Below, one piece after another: positions 25,619-37,832 of a stretch of DNA of 64,000 nucleotides. Every line of letters starts with the position of its first letter. Positions within the stretch are counted from its first letter, which is position 1. Source of the stretch: Takakia lepidozioides (taxonomy: Eukaryota; Plantae; Bryophyta); assembly GCA_030704615.1 (NCBI GenBank), contig CM060734.1, positions 19,902,001-19,966,000 on the forward strand. Reading direction: 5' to 3'. The position numbers were made by a program, and so were the translations under genes. The notes beneath the pieces were generated by a model. It worked only from the letters and a program-made list of their open reading frames with translations. It was not told where the DNA came from and did no database searches.

Positions 25619-25849
25619 GGTTGCACACGTCAGTGACATCACGTCACGTCACGTCGGACCTGACGCTGACGCGACCAACGTCACGTCAATTTTGCCGAAA
25701 AATCAGTAAAACATGAGTTAGATGAAAAATATGCCACGTAGGTGGACACGTTGTATTCCAAGCGACACCTTGGCAAGTGAATGAATTGTTTTATAAATTA
25801 CTCCATCCGCCAGTATTTGAGGTCATTTTTAAATCATTATTGTTAAATT

Positions 25850-26345
25850 GGTGCGACCTCCAAATGGTGGTGGTTGCAGAATTTATCTTATTTTTTAATA
25901 GTTGCGACCACCAGCATAAAGGTTGTCGCAACATTTTTGTTTTTTAAAAATAGATGCGACCACCAGCAGGGGTGGTCGCATAATTTTTTATTTATTTATA
26001 ATAGGTGCGACCACCATCAGGGGGGTGGTTGCAACATTTTTCTGTTTTTTAATATCTGCGACCACCAGCATGGAGGTGGTTGCAGTATTTTTTTGTTTTT
26101 TTAATAGGTGCGACCACCAGCATGGGGGTGGTCGCAACAATTTTCTGTTTTTAATATCAGTGACCACGAGCATGGGGGTGGTCGCAATATATATATATAT
26201 ATATATTTTTAATAGGTGCGACCACCAGCAGAGGGGTGGTTGCAGCAATTTTCTGTTTTTTAATATCTGCGACCACTAGCATGAGGATGGTCGCAGCAGT
26301 TTTAAAAAAAAAATAACATGCGACTTCCTCGTGCGACCTAGAGCG
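25850..26345 (+). repeat. Second array of GCGACCACC...GGTGGTCGC hairpin repeats, same family and orientation as 6190-6975
   Basis: About 9 units of TTTTTAATAGGTGCGACCACCAGCA..GGTGGT(C/T)GCA. Confidence 0.85.
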
Positions 26346-26714
26346 GTCACAACATTAGATTCTGATTCGTCGAGCGTGTGAGGCTTGGAGGCTGGAGGGT
26401 ATATAAGGTGGTCACAATGCCCCTCACTTCTTTTATGACAAACACTTTTGTGGCGAATGAATGTTCTCTATTCCTCGAGCAAGAGTGTAGCCCAAAAGGA
26501 GGGTGCGGACCGTTTGCTGTTGTGGCTTCCACCAAAGCCACTGCAGCAAATTGTCGAAACAATACTATATGGTGCATTGATTCACTTGGATTGATGCCGG
26601 AGTGTTGGGCCATCGCATTCTGTTCTAATTTCTATTGCTCTTGACAAATCTACCAAGTACACTAATGTTCTTCGTTCAACCTCAAGTCTGTGGTTAGGGT
26701 TTTTGGGTGTGAGG

Positions 26715-28850
26715 ATGAGAGAGGAGTGGATCCCTTGGTTCACCGTAGACCCGCACAAAAAGGACGGTGTTCAATGCAATCTTTGTGCATTGAAGCTGGC
26801 GGGTCGCAAAGATCGCATGTTATATCACCTCGACTACAGAGATAGGAAGAATGCAGGGGTTAGTTTGTGCCCAAAAGCCTCCATGCGAGTGAAAGCCCAC
26901 TTTGCCCAATGTGGAGGCAATATCCCACCGTCTCTTGATGTGGCCGCGGCTTCTGAGCCAAACACTCTATGTTCGAATCAAAATGTCCTTCAGAGTTGTA
27001 CCCGGGGGAATTCTTGCGAGGCGTCTGCTGTTCGTGGAGAAGCCGGTGGGTCAGGAGCAACACCCAATTGTACGCCAGCACTTGAACGGACCAGACCATT
27101 GAGGCAACAATCAATGCAAAAAAGCTTAAATTTGTCGCACATGAGGACTCTGGATAAGAAGTGGGCCCAATTTTTCTACGAGGCCAATATTCCGTTCAAT
27201 GTCTCGAGGCTTCCTGCGTTTGTGGCTGCTGTCAAAGCCACGTCCGATTCCAAGTCCACATACACAGCTCCGAGTTATCGCGATCTCCGCACATGATTGC
27301 TAGAAGAGGCTCTGTCTGACCTCATCCAAAAGGTGAATGAAAAGACAGGTGATTCAATATGGAACCACTAAATGTGCGGACGGTTGGAGTTCTGTTACTA
27401 ATCGACCACTGTTCAATGTCATGCTGGTCTGTCCTGCGGGCGAACAATTTTTGGGATCCGTTGAGCGGGGAGAGAAAAGATGCACGTTATCAAGCAGGGT
27501 TGTTGACGAGTTTCATCAATAAAATTGGAGGTGATAAAATTGTCCAAGTGAGCACGGACAATGCATCTAACATGGTTAATATGGCCGATATTTTGATGGT
27601 ACGATATCCCCATCTATATTACCAAGGGTGTGTTGTTAATATCTTTGGTGTCCTTTTGGAGGATTGGGGAAAAGAATCATGGATGAAACAACTAGTAAAA
27701 AGGGCAAAGTCGGTTGTGACGTTCATTCGTACATATCACACCCCTCTGGCATTGTTTAGAAAGCATGAACCCAAATACAACCTTAGGAACCGGGGTGAAA
27801 CCCGTTTTGCCACAAACTTTTTGATGGTGGATCGACTGGTGACTGTGAGGGCGGGTTTGGAGCAGGTGATCATTGACCCTCAATGGGATGCGTATGTGGG
27901 CACCTTACGCGACTCTCGTAAGTCCAAGTCTTTGAGCAAAAGTCGGAGGGTCCGCGCAATCATTCGCTCCGACGATTTCTGGGCGAAATGTGTAAATTTT
28001 GTGTACATGGTGGAGCCGGTGTTGATTGCTTTGCGGGAGTTTGATGGAAAACAACCAATAATGGATAAAACATGGTTGATATTGGAAAACCTTGAGAAGC
28101 ACGTGCAGTCCTTGAGGCGTCCTCCATTTTCTATGGACGATGATTTGGCGGCAAGGACCGAGGATGCATTTTACGACCGCAAACAGATGGTTCGCATGGA
28201 CTTGCATTATGCGGGGGCCTTACTGAATCCATTCTTGCTGGACAATACGGATTTGAGAGACAATGTGGATGCCAAAGCCGGGCTTAGATCGCCAGAATCC
28301 TTTCCATGACATGCCGGATCCAAAAGCAATGAACATGTTGTCACCATCCGTCGATGACCTTGTTGTTGATGAACTGCGACATGGTGTCATCCCAATTGCG
28401 GACCCCCTTCCCCCACTGGAGCACACTCTCAACAATGAAATTGAGGTCAACTCTCCCCCACCACGAGTTCCACGGACTACGAGAGATGTGTAGGTCGAAT
28501 CGTCGGATGATGACAACCAGCCGTTGTCATTCCTTCACCGACATCGTGCCCCTGTGAACCGTGCTTCATCTCACGCCGCTCCATCTCATGTTTCTCTTTC
28601 TCAAGCCGGTCCATCCCATTTTGGTCCATCTAGTCTCTCTCCCCCTCATGTAATTCCTTCCATCGCTACTCCGATCTTGGGAGATGCTTCTTCTGCTGCG
28701 GGACTTCTGCAAGTCGAACCATCGGATGACGACGACCGGCCATTGTCGTTTCATCTGGCCCGACGATGTCCGCATGTGAACCGTGCTCCCTCGACCCTCA
28801 CTGGTCCATCTCTATGCCCCTTCCTCTCATATCGGCCCCTCTGATGTATG
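26715..28850 (+). pseudogene. hAT-superfamily transposase (BED finger + DUF659), disrupted; C-terminal dimerisation region not seen
   Basis: VQCNLC..RMLYHL..LCP (BED finger); FFYEANIPFNV; ADGWS..RPLFNVM; QVSTDNA; ETRFATNF; LHYAGALLNPF. Stop at 27294 and several frameshifts. Confidence 0.85.
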
Positions 28851-29139
28851 TGCGAGTAGCCTTCCTTATACGAGAAGGCCACCACGAAATCCGGGACAAG
28901 CCCAGAAACGACAGAAAATTGTGCAACTTTTTGTTGGTGACCGACCTGTGAACAAGCCTGATACCCTAGATGATATTCATGATAGGAGTGGAAATCGACC
29001 AGAGAGACAACTGAACGTACTCCAAGGACGACTACAGGTCCAACGACCAGTTGCCTTTGGAAACGAAAGAACAGATGGAGATCATGATTCTAACACTGAT
29101 CATGGGAACGGGGGTGAAGTGAGTGCAAACATACATACA

Positions 29140-29223
29140 GGTGCAGGGGGACCAACCTCCTGGTGGTCGCACCTATTTAAAAAAAAACAATTGTGCGACC
29201 ACCAGTAGCGGTCGCTAGTAGTG
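29140..29223 (-). repeat. CACTA-type right terminus (...TAGTAGTG) with inverted-orientation hairpin units
   Basis: Reverse complement reads CACTACTAGCGACCGCTACTGGTGGTCGC. TGGTGGTCGCACCTATTTAAAA is the inverted array unit. Confidence 0.65.
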
Positions 29224-29285
29224 TGGAGCAACGCGAAGCCCCTTTGGGCTTGTAAGGGTTCTTTTGCCTTCAATAAGTCTTAATA

Positions 29286-29496
29286 CCAACAATCAATAGC
29301 TCAGTTGGTAAGTGCATTGAGTGCCTCCACGATGACTCTAGGGACAAAAATCTTGCTACTCGACAGGTGTACGATCTTCTCCCCCTTCCCTGTGCAGGTG
29401 TCGCGAGGTTATTGAGATGTTATTTTCTCCTCTCTCTCTATCAAGGGGCCTGATTTGTGAGCTGTCGCTCCCAGGTGTTTCCCTTTGAAAAAAAAA
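29286..29496 (+). mobile_element. tRNA-derived SINE, copy 2
   Basis: TAGCTCAGTTGGTAAG A-box; shared 3' end TGATTTGTGAGCTGTCGCTCCCA; poly(A); TSD TCTTAATA (29278-29285 and 29497-29504). Confidence 0.8.
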
Positions 29497-29826
29497 TCTT
29501 AATAAAGCTCTCAAGGGCTTCGAGTCCTTCCCTTTCTCCAAAAAAATAAATACATACATACATACAAAACCAAAACAATAAAAAAAATAAACAGCGGCAT
29601 CAGATTGAGCCATATACTTGTGAGAGTGTGTATGGAAGAGCGGGTGCCGAGGATAGCCCATACTGTCCGCGGTAAAGCATGTATGTCATTCCAGAGTATG
29701 GAATGCTCTTGCCACTATCTAAGAGCGTTGTTCTAGAGGATGTCGCATCTCCACCACGCTCAAAACTTTTCTTCACAACCCTTTGGGCTGTACAATGGGG
29801 GAGTGGGAAGCAGGCGTGCGAAAACC

Positions 29827-32800
29827 ATGTTGGGGTGCCGGAAGTTAGCTATGGCCGGAGGGGTTTTGGGTCTGCGCTCAGCTACCACGACGGTCTTGCT
29901 GTCTCGCCACATGTCGACTGTGTCTTTCAGCCCGTCTCTCTTCCACAATGGTTGTGATTACTGGGCAGGCAAATGGTCGCCATGGAATGCTCGAACTGCA
30001 TTTAGGTGTATGGCTAAAACAACCCATTCTGACCTCACAACGGAAGCCCCTCCCGCTATAAAGGTGGCTTCCCCGCTAGAGAGGTTGAGAGCAAGACAGA
30101 TGCGAGATTTAGCCAAGGCTGCGACGCAATTGCGGCCACCAAAGGAACACAAGGAACCTGCTCCACTTCCCACTTCCTTCCAGCAACTTGGTCTCGACCC
30201 TGAGTTTATGCTGGCAGTGAACGAATTGGGCCTCTCTGAACCCACAGAAGTGCAGGCCCTTGGAATTCCGGCGGTGTTGGCTGGGGAGAGCGTAGTGATA
30301 GCATCACATACAGGCTCGGGCAAGACCCTTGCTTACATGCTCCCCATTGTTCAGGTATTCAATCTTTTGAAAAACTGGGGTTGATAGCATCATAAAAATT
30401 GAAATTTGTGACATGTCTGAATGAGGCAGTTGCCTCACATTGTCATATTGAGGTGCAAGTAGTTAGAGATCTACATGAAGCTACTTCTCTCAGAGAATGT
30501 GCCATATTTCCAGCATAAGAAATATACTTGTCGTCGATGATTAGCCTTCCTATACTAGTGAAGATACAAAAGCAAGGGTGGGTTGGCAATGCGATTCTTA
30601 CTAGAGTGACTTGTTCACACCCCTTGTGACGCTTGCCTGGCCTTGATAGTATACATCCCTTTGTTCTTCACTTTGACTGCATACAACACTTTGAGAAGAA
30701 CCCTCTCTTAGTTACCTGAAGGATGGGGAACACAAGGCCAAGTTGCCATGAGATCCTTCCAATTTCTCTGAAACGAAAAGGATGTGACATTGCTTTCAAG
30801 TTGCTTGCCAACAAACATTTGCCCATCTTGCTTTTGATAAAAAAAACAATCAATGTCATTTGTTAGTGAGATCCATTTCTGGATCCTGTGATGATCTCAC
30901 CTTCGAAGTATAGAGGGGAACTCCTCTAGTCAAATTGCTCAAGGCGTCCAGGAGGAGCTTAAGTTGCATTGACTCGTACCCTCCTTGTACATTGATGAGG
31001 ATTGGATGGGGCCTTTGTGTCTGACTAGCGAAGGTTGTGATGCAGGCCTTGAGAAGGGAGGAAGCAGAAGCAGCGAAATCAACTAGGCCTAGAAGACCAC
31101 GTTCTGTCGTCCTATGTCCCACCAGAGAGCTCGTTGAGCAGGTCTTAGTTTCGCCCTGCTTTCTATGCTACATGGGTATGCTATTGATTTTGCAAGGGGA
31201 TCTTCTCAGGTATGGTTCATTGTATGATTGAACCTTTGACATATGGGCCGTTCTGTCAAGTGCATCTCTAGAAGGTCATATGAAGCAAAGACTCTTTGCA
31301 GTATGATGCTTAAACTGAAACCCCTATGTAACATGGTATGGGCTGAACGTTGCAGTTTCTTCACTCTCACATAATTCATTAGGAGGACCTTTACAGCCAT
31401 CCTCATTATTGACACTTGCAGAACTCACTTCATTGAAGCAGAACTGATAATTCTCTGGTAGTTCCTTTGGCCCAACTTATTGTGCAAATGTGGAGGTCCA
31501 TGAATTGAGGATGGAGGTCCTGGTAATGTTCCAATTAAATCAGTTGTTACATTGTTGGCTGCAGGTGTTTCATGTGGCCAAATCAATATGCCATCCTGCC
31601 CGGTTCCGTGCAGCTATGGTTGGGGGAGGGAGTCGGATGAAGCCACAAGAGGATTCCTTGAATACAGCAATTGATCTATTGGTTGCGACCCCAGGCAGGC
31701 TGCTCATGCATGTGGAGCAGGGCCACATGGCCTATGGTGATCTCAAGTATGTGGTGAGCTTCATTGTTTTACTCCTTACGGCCTTCCTACCTGAGAATCG
31801 TGGTGTATGTGCATTTGGTTCACTGTATGAAATTGACATGCATGCCTTGAAACTCTAAACAGAGTTTGAAGCTTATCCTACGTCCTAGATTGTTGAATAG
31901 GGGCACACTGTAGATTTCAATGAAAGTTTGTCCTCAGCACATGCACGGTAACAACAATCGCTTGGTTGAGACAGGTGTTGGATGAGGCCGATACCATGTT
32001 TGACCGTGGATTTGGATTGTCCCTAAGTTTTAGGCTAGGGGGGAAGACTGTAGAAGATAGGACTTTGATAGTTACATCTTTTGTTACTCGAGATATTGTG
32101 TTGTGTGTGACTTCTATAGTTGCTACCTTACGATGGCACAATATTGTCTGATTGTGGATGCTGCACAACAATGGATTAGTGTCTCAGGTGACCAGTTCAT
32201 AAATTTTCAAGATAGTTCTGCGGTCTTGGGGAAGGAGTTTATACCAAGCAATTTGAGTACACTCTGGGATGACAAAGATGGTGGTGACCAGGTACTAGAG
32301 CCCAGCCTTGCAAAAAGCAACAGAGTGATGGTTTTCTGCAGCACACTGAGCTCATGTCGTGCTGTGGATCACTTCTTGTGTGAATGTGGCATTGCCTCTA
32401 TTAACCATCATGGGGCGATTCCTGCAGCAGAGCGGTACCTTCTCTTTCCTGCTTTGGGTTTGCTTTTATTGATGCCTGTTCATTTAAATTGCTCTTTGAG
32501 GAAAGGAAGAGCCGGGTTGTCCACCCCAAAGAGGGAATGTGTTGTGTGGCAGTGTCGACACATGTAGTGAGCTTGCAAACTGATACATGAAGGTATCGTT
32601 GGTCATGAAGCAGGGTGGAAAACTTGAACAAGTTCAAAGGAGAACATGATGAGGATTCGGTGCCGGCATTGGTTTGCACAGATCTGACAGCACGTGGTCT
32701 GGACCTGGTGGTGGACCATGTTATCATGTTTGACTTTCCTCTCAACCCTGTGAGTAGAACCCCACCTTTCTGGGATTGCAAACAAGAACAAGCTCACCAG

Positions 32801-33478
32801 CGTCATGTGTGCTCCGTCAAGAATGTTGTAGTTTTGTGCTTGTTTGGTGGCTGTGCACCTCTTGTTGTTGCTAGATTAGTCCTTCAAAAGACAGCACGTT
32901 TCATTGTCTAGCCCAATCTCTAGTAGGCAGTCGAGTTCTTCCTTGTCTACAAGTATAGCTTGAGGGTGATCAGTCACCTCGTTATGTCTCTGACATGCAG
33001 ATTGATTACTTGCATCGCACGGGTAAGGACCGCACGCCATGGGAGCCAAAGGTAGGTTGCTTGATGTGACTCCCAGAAGCAGATTTGTACAGGCCTCTTT
33101 GCTTATGATGTCTCATGTTTGTTCAAGTGTTGGATAAGAGAGACGCTGAGGATGGATGCAGGCATGGTGACAAAGCGCGATCAAGTGCTGGCTGGGCAAC
33201 TTGAAGAGGCAATGCGTAAGGGTGAAACTTTGGAGGCCTTAACTTCAAGCAGAGAGAAGCTTGAGGCAATCAAATGCAAAGAAATTGAAGAGAAACGGAA
33301 GGAGAAGGCAAAGAACATGGGAGATGGTAACCGAGGTTCAAAACCACGAAGGTGGGAGGTAGGTAAGAGCAAATCTGGTTCACTACGAGGCACAAGGGGC
33401 AGTGCCAGACTAGGTGGCACTGACAAAGTAGGCAGGGCGACGCATTCCTCTGCAGGTCTGTCTTTGAAGAAAAGGTAA
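29827..33478 (+). pseudogene. RH39: Plastid DEAD-box RNA helicase, RH39-like, multi-exon and disrupted
   Basis: GT-AG exons ~29827-30354 (Q motif, HTGSGKT), 31046-31141 (PTREL), 31565-31753 (TPGR), 31975-~32015 (DEAD, truncated), 32292-32434, 32614-32749 (TDLTARGLD), 33001-33051 (HRTGRTAR with two 1-bp insertions), 33161-33478. Motif III region not found. Confidence 0.8.
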
Positions 33479-33941
33479 ACCTTTGTATCAACCACCACTG
33501 ATTAGCATTTGAAGCTTTGACAGTAAGAAATTTCCAGTACAAAAGTTGAACAGTTGAATAACAATCTCGGCGATGATCATGTTAATTATTGTGCACATCG
33601 TGGTGGGCGCCGTCAGATTGACTTTGACAGATTGTTGCCCTGAAATCACTAACATGGGGATCAACAGAACTTACATTCCATGCCGAAAACGGATTGGTTC
33701 AGGAGTAGGTCTGTGAAGGTAAAGCAGGGTAATTTGAGCCCTTTGTATACTGGGTGAAGTGCCGTCAAGAATTATGCACACTTATCCCAAAGCTTTACAG
33801 CTTTTTTGTGGGACTGATGACTAATGGATGGATTGTTTCTTCAGCTCAGGAGCCTCTATGTATGCATCTTTCCTTTCTGTTCTCCTTCAGGGGTTGATGC
33901 AGATCGAAATTTCGAAGTTTCCTACCATTTACAAATGCCTT

Positions 33942-36101
33942 CTAGCAGCACTTGGCAAAAGGGCCGGGTGTCCCAGTCCAACCTTCAACGCATTTGAGAA
34001 GAGGAGCCACAAGCTTTCCTTCAGAGATGGCATTGTACACCTTCTCAATCTCTTGACCAGGAGACACAGTCCTCAAAGCCTTGAGAGTACTGGGTCCCCA
34101 AATCTGACCGCACAATCTGTAGAGAGGGTATGTCCTGCAGTCTTGAATCCGGTTGGTACGGAGGAGGAATCCCATTGTTATCGTAGGCCTCCCGGACCAA
34201 AGGCACCGCAATGTTCAAGCGCGTCTTCAACTCCTGCTCAAATGTTGCAATCCTGTGGAATACAGATGTGGACTCCAATTTCTCCGTCTTGGGGTTTAAA
34301 GAGCATGACTCACCAAGACTTCCATCAGTTTCTGCATGAGGGGGGGGGTAGGTGTCATGCTTGCATATCGATAGAGCTGAATATGGGCTGGCGATCAACC
34401 AGGGCTGAGAAGGTCCTTCTCGCAGAACCGCGATGGCAAAGTTGTGCCGTCGCTGCCTGTGAAGAGCGTCTTCTTGGCGACCTGGAAACAATTTGCTTGA
34501 CTTGGTCTGCATTGTTCCTCATGTGGCGAAGGTCATTGGCCTGGCAGAGACCACCAAGAAAGAGCTCATGAGCTTGAGAATCTCAATAGATTCTCGGTCT
34601 TTCTTGCAGACACTAGCCTAGTGAGTTGACATCCTGGTTGTGCTGTTCAGCGCTTTGTACAGGGTGGGTCACTGGGTTGGCTAAATAGTTCAATTCTGAG
34701 AGGTATGAGCCATGGCTATCTCCCCGCTTCATTCCATAGTCCAGACTTGGGTTAGGTCCTCCACTCAGGTTTGAAGGAAGCCGTTGTTGTAATAGTCGTT
34801 TACAAGCTCAGAGAACTGTGCAAACATAAGCTTCCCAATCGCAGCGATGGCCAACAGCATGTTGTCCATGGAGACTCCAATGGGGGTGCCCTGGAAGTTC
34901 CCGGACTCATGAAGGGCCCTCTCCCAGCAGCATCAATGATTGGGTTGTCGTCACCGAGTTGATTTCTCGTTGAATGGCGGGTGTGGCATTGCGAACGACT
35001 TCCCCGTGAGGCCCAGCGCATTGTGGCGAAGTACGTAGCGCATAACGATCCTGCTTGGGTTTCTTCAGAGGGTCGGTCTCATGCAGTTTTGCTGCTGCCT
35101 TCATGTATGAGCTTCCGTCCCAGCACGCTACTCCATAATGGCGGCCGCCTCCATCTGACCGGGTGGTTGCTTAAGTTTGTGCGTCAAGGGGTCAGCAAAC
35201 TCAGGCTTTCCTTGCATCATCTCACAGAAGAGAGCTGAAAGAACCTCGGCCAGTAAGACAAAGCAGACAGTGGAGGCCAGGGCTGACCCCACTGCTGTTC
35301 CATTGACAAGGGCCAGGCCTTCCTTTGGCTGCAATCTTCTCAAACCCCAGCGAGTCTAAGAGACTTCCAAGGCTGACACCTCCTTTCCGTCGGCCGTCAC
35401 TGCCCTGGAGTTGGGTCTATTCGTAAGCAGCCCGCGATGTGGGACAAATGGCACAAGGTCTCCTGAAGCAGTGATGGTCCCACGCATGGCAGATTGGTGT
35501 CACATTTGCATTCAGAAGTTTTCCATGGCTTCCAGGATCTCCCACCGGATGCTGAGAATCCCTGCATCAAGGTGTTGGTGCGCACAGCAATGGCCGCCAG
35601 GGTGGTGGCACGCCGGAAGGGTGTTGCCCTTGCCCAAGACCCCTGCATTCAGAAACCTAATGAGATCTCTCTCTGAAGCTCCACCCCTGCTGGGTACGCC
35701 GATGAGAAGTGGCTCCAAAAGCCGGGCCTGTGGTGACGCCATAGATATCCCCACCGTAATAATCTTCTGGAGAACCAGTTGGAGCTTTCATCCATCGTCT
35801 TGGCATTGGCAGGCATCCAGCACCACTCTCATTCAGGTCGGCGGCCACGGCTGCCACTTGATATCCCTACTGTAGTCAACGTCACCACTTTCAATTGCTA
35901 CTTCAGGTTGCCTCGTAGAATGTTGTCACACATCTAGTCTTTCCTAAGCCGTCGTCCAGGTGATTCCCTTGCATGGCTGCAGCTGCTCGGACCCCAGTTT
36001 AGAGGGTCAGAAGAAAATCTCGGGGGCCTTGTGCAAAACGATTCCAAACTAACAGCTTCGATGCCATTGCTTTTGACGGTCACCTCAGTTACGTTGGCCA
36101 T
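33942..36101 (-). pseudogene. PAL: Phenylalanine ammonia-lyase, intronless, many frameshifts
   Basis: DPLNWG (~36000), [17 protein letters not shown] containing the MIO triad (~35451-35480), [32 protein letters not shown]-terminal LLKCVEGWTGTPGPF. Confidence 0.92.
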
Positions 36102-37819
36102 CACACATGCTCGCAGGTTAGAGAGATGAGAAAGAGCGAGAAGAGAAATTCACAATCGGGCCTTGGAAAGCTCTTGAGAAGAGCTTACGATGGGAAAGGG
36201 AGAAGAATGAAACAAGAAAGAGAGTGGAGAAATGAGAAATAGAGGCTGTGTGTGTGCTACAGATCACAGAAGGGAACTCCACGATGGATGGAACTCACGG
36301 TGAGATTCAGGACCGGTAATTGATAGTAAGATGAGGTGTGTGTTTTATTTTTAGTATGTGGTGTAAGAGTAGGAAAAGTGGAGCAGCGGGGGATGGTATA
36401 GGATGTAGAAGCGTTACAATCCGTGGAGGTCGATCAGATAGCACTTGATGAGAATGAGAGAATGAGGAGCTGTACCTATAAGCAGTCTTGGAAGAGATGT
36501 GTGGACCCATGAGCCTACGCTGCTGGAGTTGCCAGTACATGCACATATAACTTAGCCGGCCCACGAGCGCGTCGCCATATCTTGACCAAGTTATGCAACG
36601 TTGAAGAATTGGTGTACAGTAGAGTGTGTAGTGTTTTGTAGGCCAGCTATCTTTGCATCTCACAAGTTAAGTTTAGCACAGTAGGCAGCAGGAGCCGGGG
36701 AAAATGTAGCAGGCCCTGTTGACCTCTCTGCAAAGCATCTTGGAACCGGAAGACGACACAACCGTGTTGCAGACCGTGAGGACGACGTCCTTGACTAAAC
36801 TCCCTCCCCCATTCGGCCAAATAAACATGAGCTCGTTGAATCTTGTTTAATAATGTAATTTAAATATCAAACAGTCCGATTGGGAGGTCTACGTGACTTC
36901 CAAGAGGCGCTGTTTTTTTTCAAATCCCTGCGACAGCCCCATCCGTGATCTGCGACATGGAGATCGTACTTGTATATTTGAAGAGCAATTTTACTTATCG
37001 CGATATTCGAGTCTTCATCGGGCAAGTCGGCCTCCGACCTTTCTCAATGTCAGCTGGCCAACTTGCCAGTTCCATATCGAAAGTATGAAACTACTATGTT
37101 GATGGCTAGCTTGAGCAACGACAGCAGATCTTTTGCCCACATGAGCAAAGTTAGAGCTCTTACTAGTGCATCTCCGTTGTCGTCCTGCACTGACCGGTGT
37201 TTAGTCTCTCGATCTATAAATTCGATAAATCACAGTCCGGTTGAAGGAGGTAAGACATGCCACGAAAGCTACAAATACAGGTATAGAAGGCTGTAGCGGA
37301 AGACTTGCAGACAGCCCGAGGTTTAAATCTCGATGACTCCCACCTGAGTGGGTTTTTGAGTGGCCAAACCCAGCTACTGCTTGCTCTCCAACTGACGTCT
37401 GTTGTTTTTTCTGGTAGAAATTGCAGTGTGACCATGTTACTGCAAGTCATCAAGAGTTACAAGTTACACTGATTTATTCAATGACGGAATATCTAAGTCA
37501 GAGGCCAACTAGGTTACACTAGGATTTAACGGAGACATGCAGTTGGCCAAGGTGTTGCTACTGCGTACTATTTACGGATGGATAGTGACAGCATTATTGT
37601 GAATTACTAGACTCCCGCCAGCCCCGAGCAATCGTTACTACGAATAGTATTTAGGCTTACTACAGAGAGTCTTTGAGGTGCTGAAAACTTCTTTGTATGT
37701 TGATGCCTTATGGTGGAATTGCAGTAGTGTAAAGTTCTATGATACCATCGTGTGTTTTGATTGCCTGAATCTTTGAATTGCTGTTCTAGATAGTATTGTG
37801 TGCTTTGAGTTTTTCTACA

Positions 37820-37832
37820 GGTTATGGGCCCA
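37820..37832 (+). other. Copia PBS GGTTATGGGCCCA (internal half-tRNAiMet priming type)
   Basis: Immediately follows the LTR-terminal CA and matches the Drosophila copia-type PBS. Confidence 0.8.
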
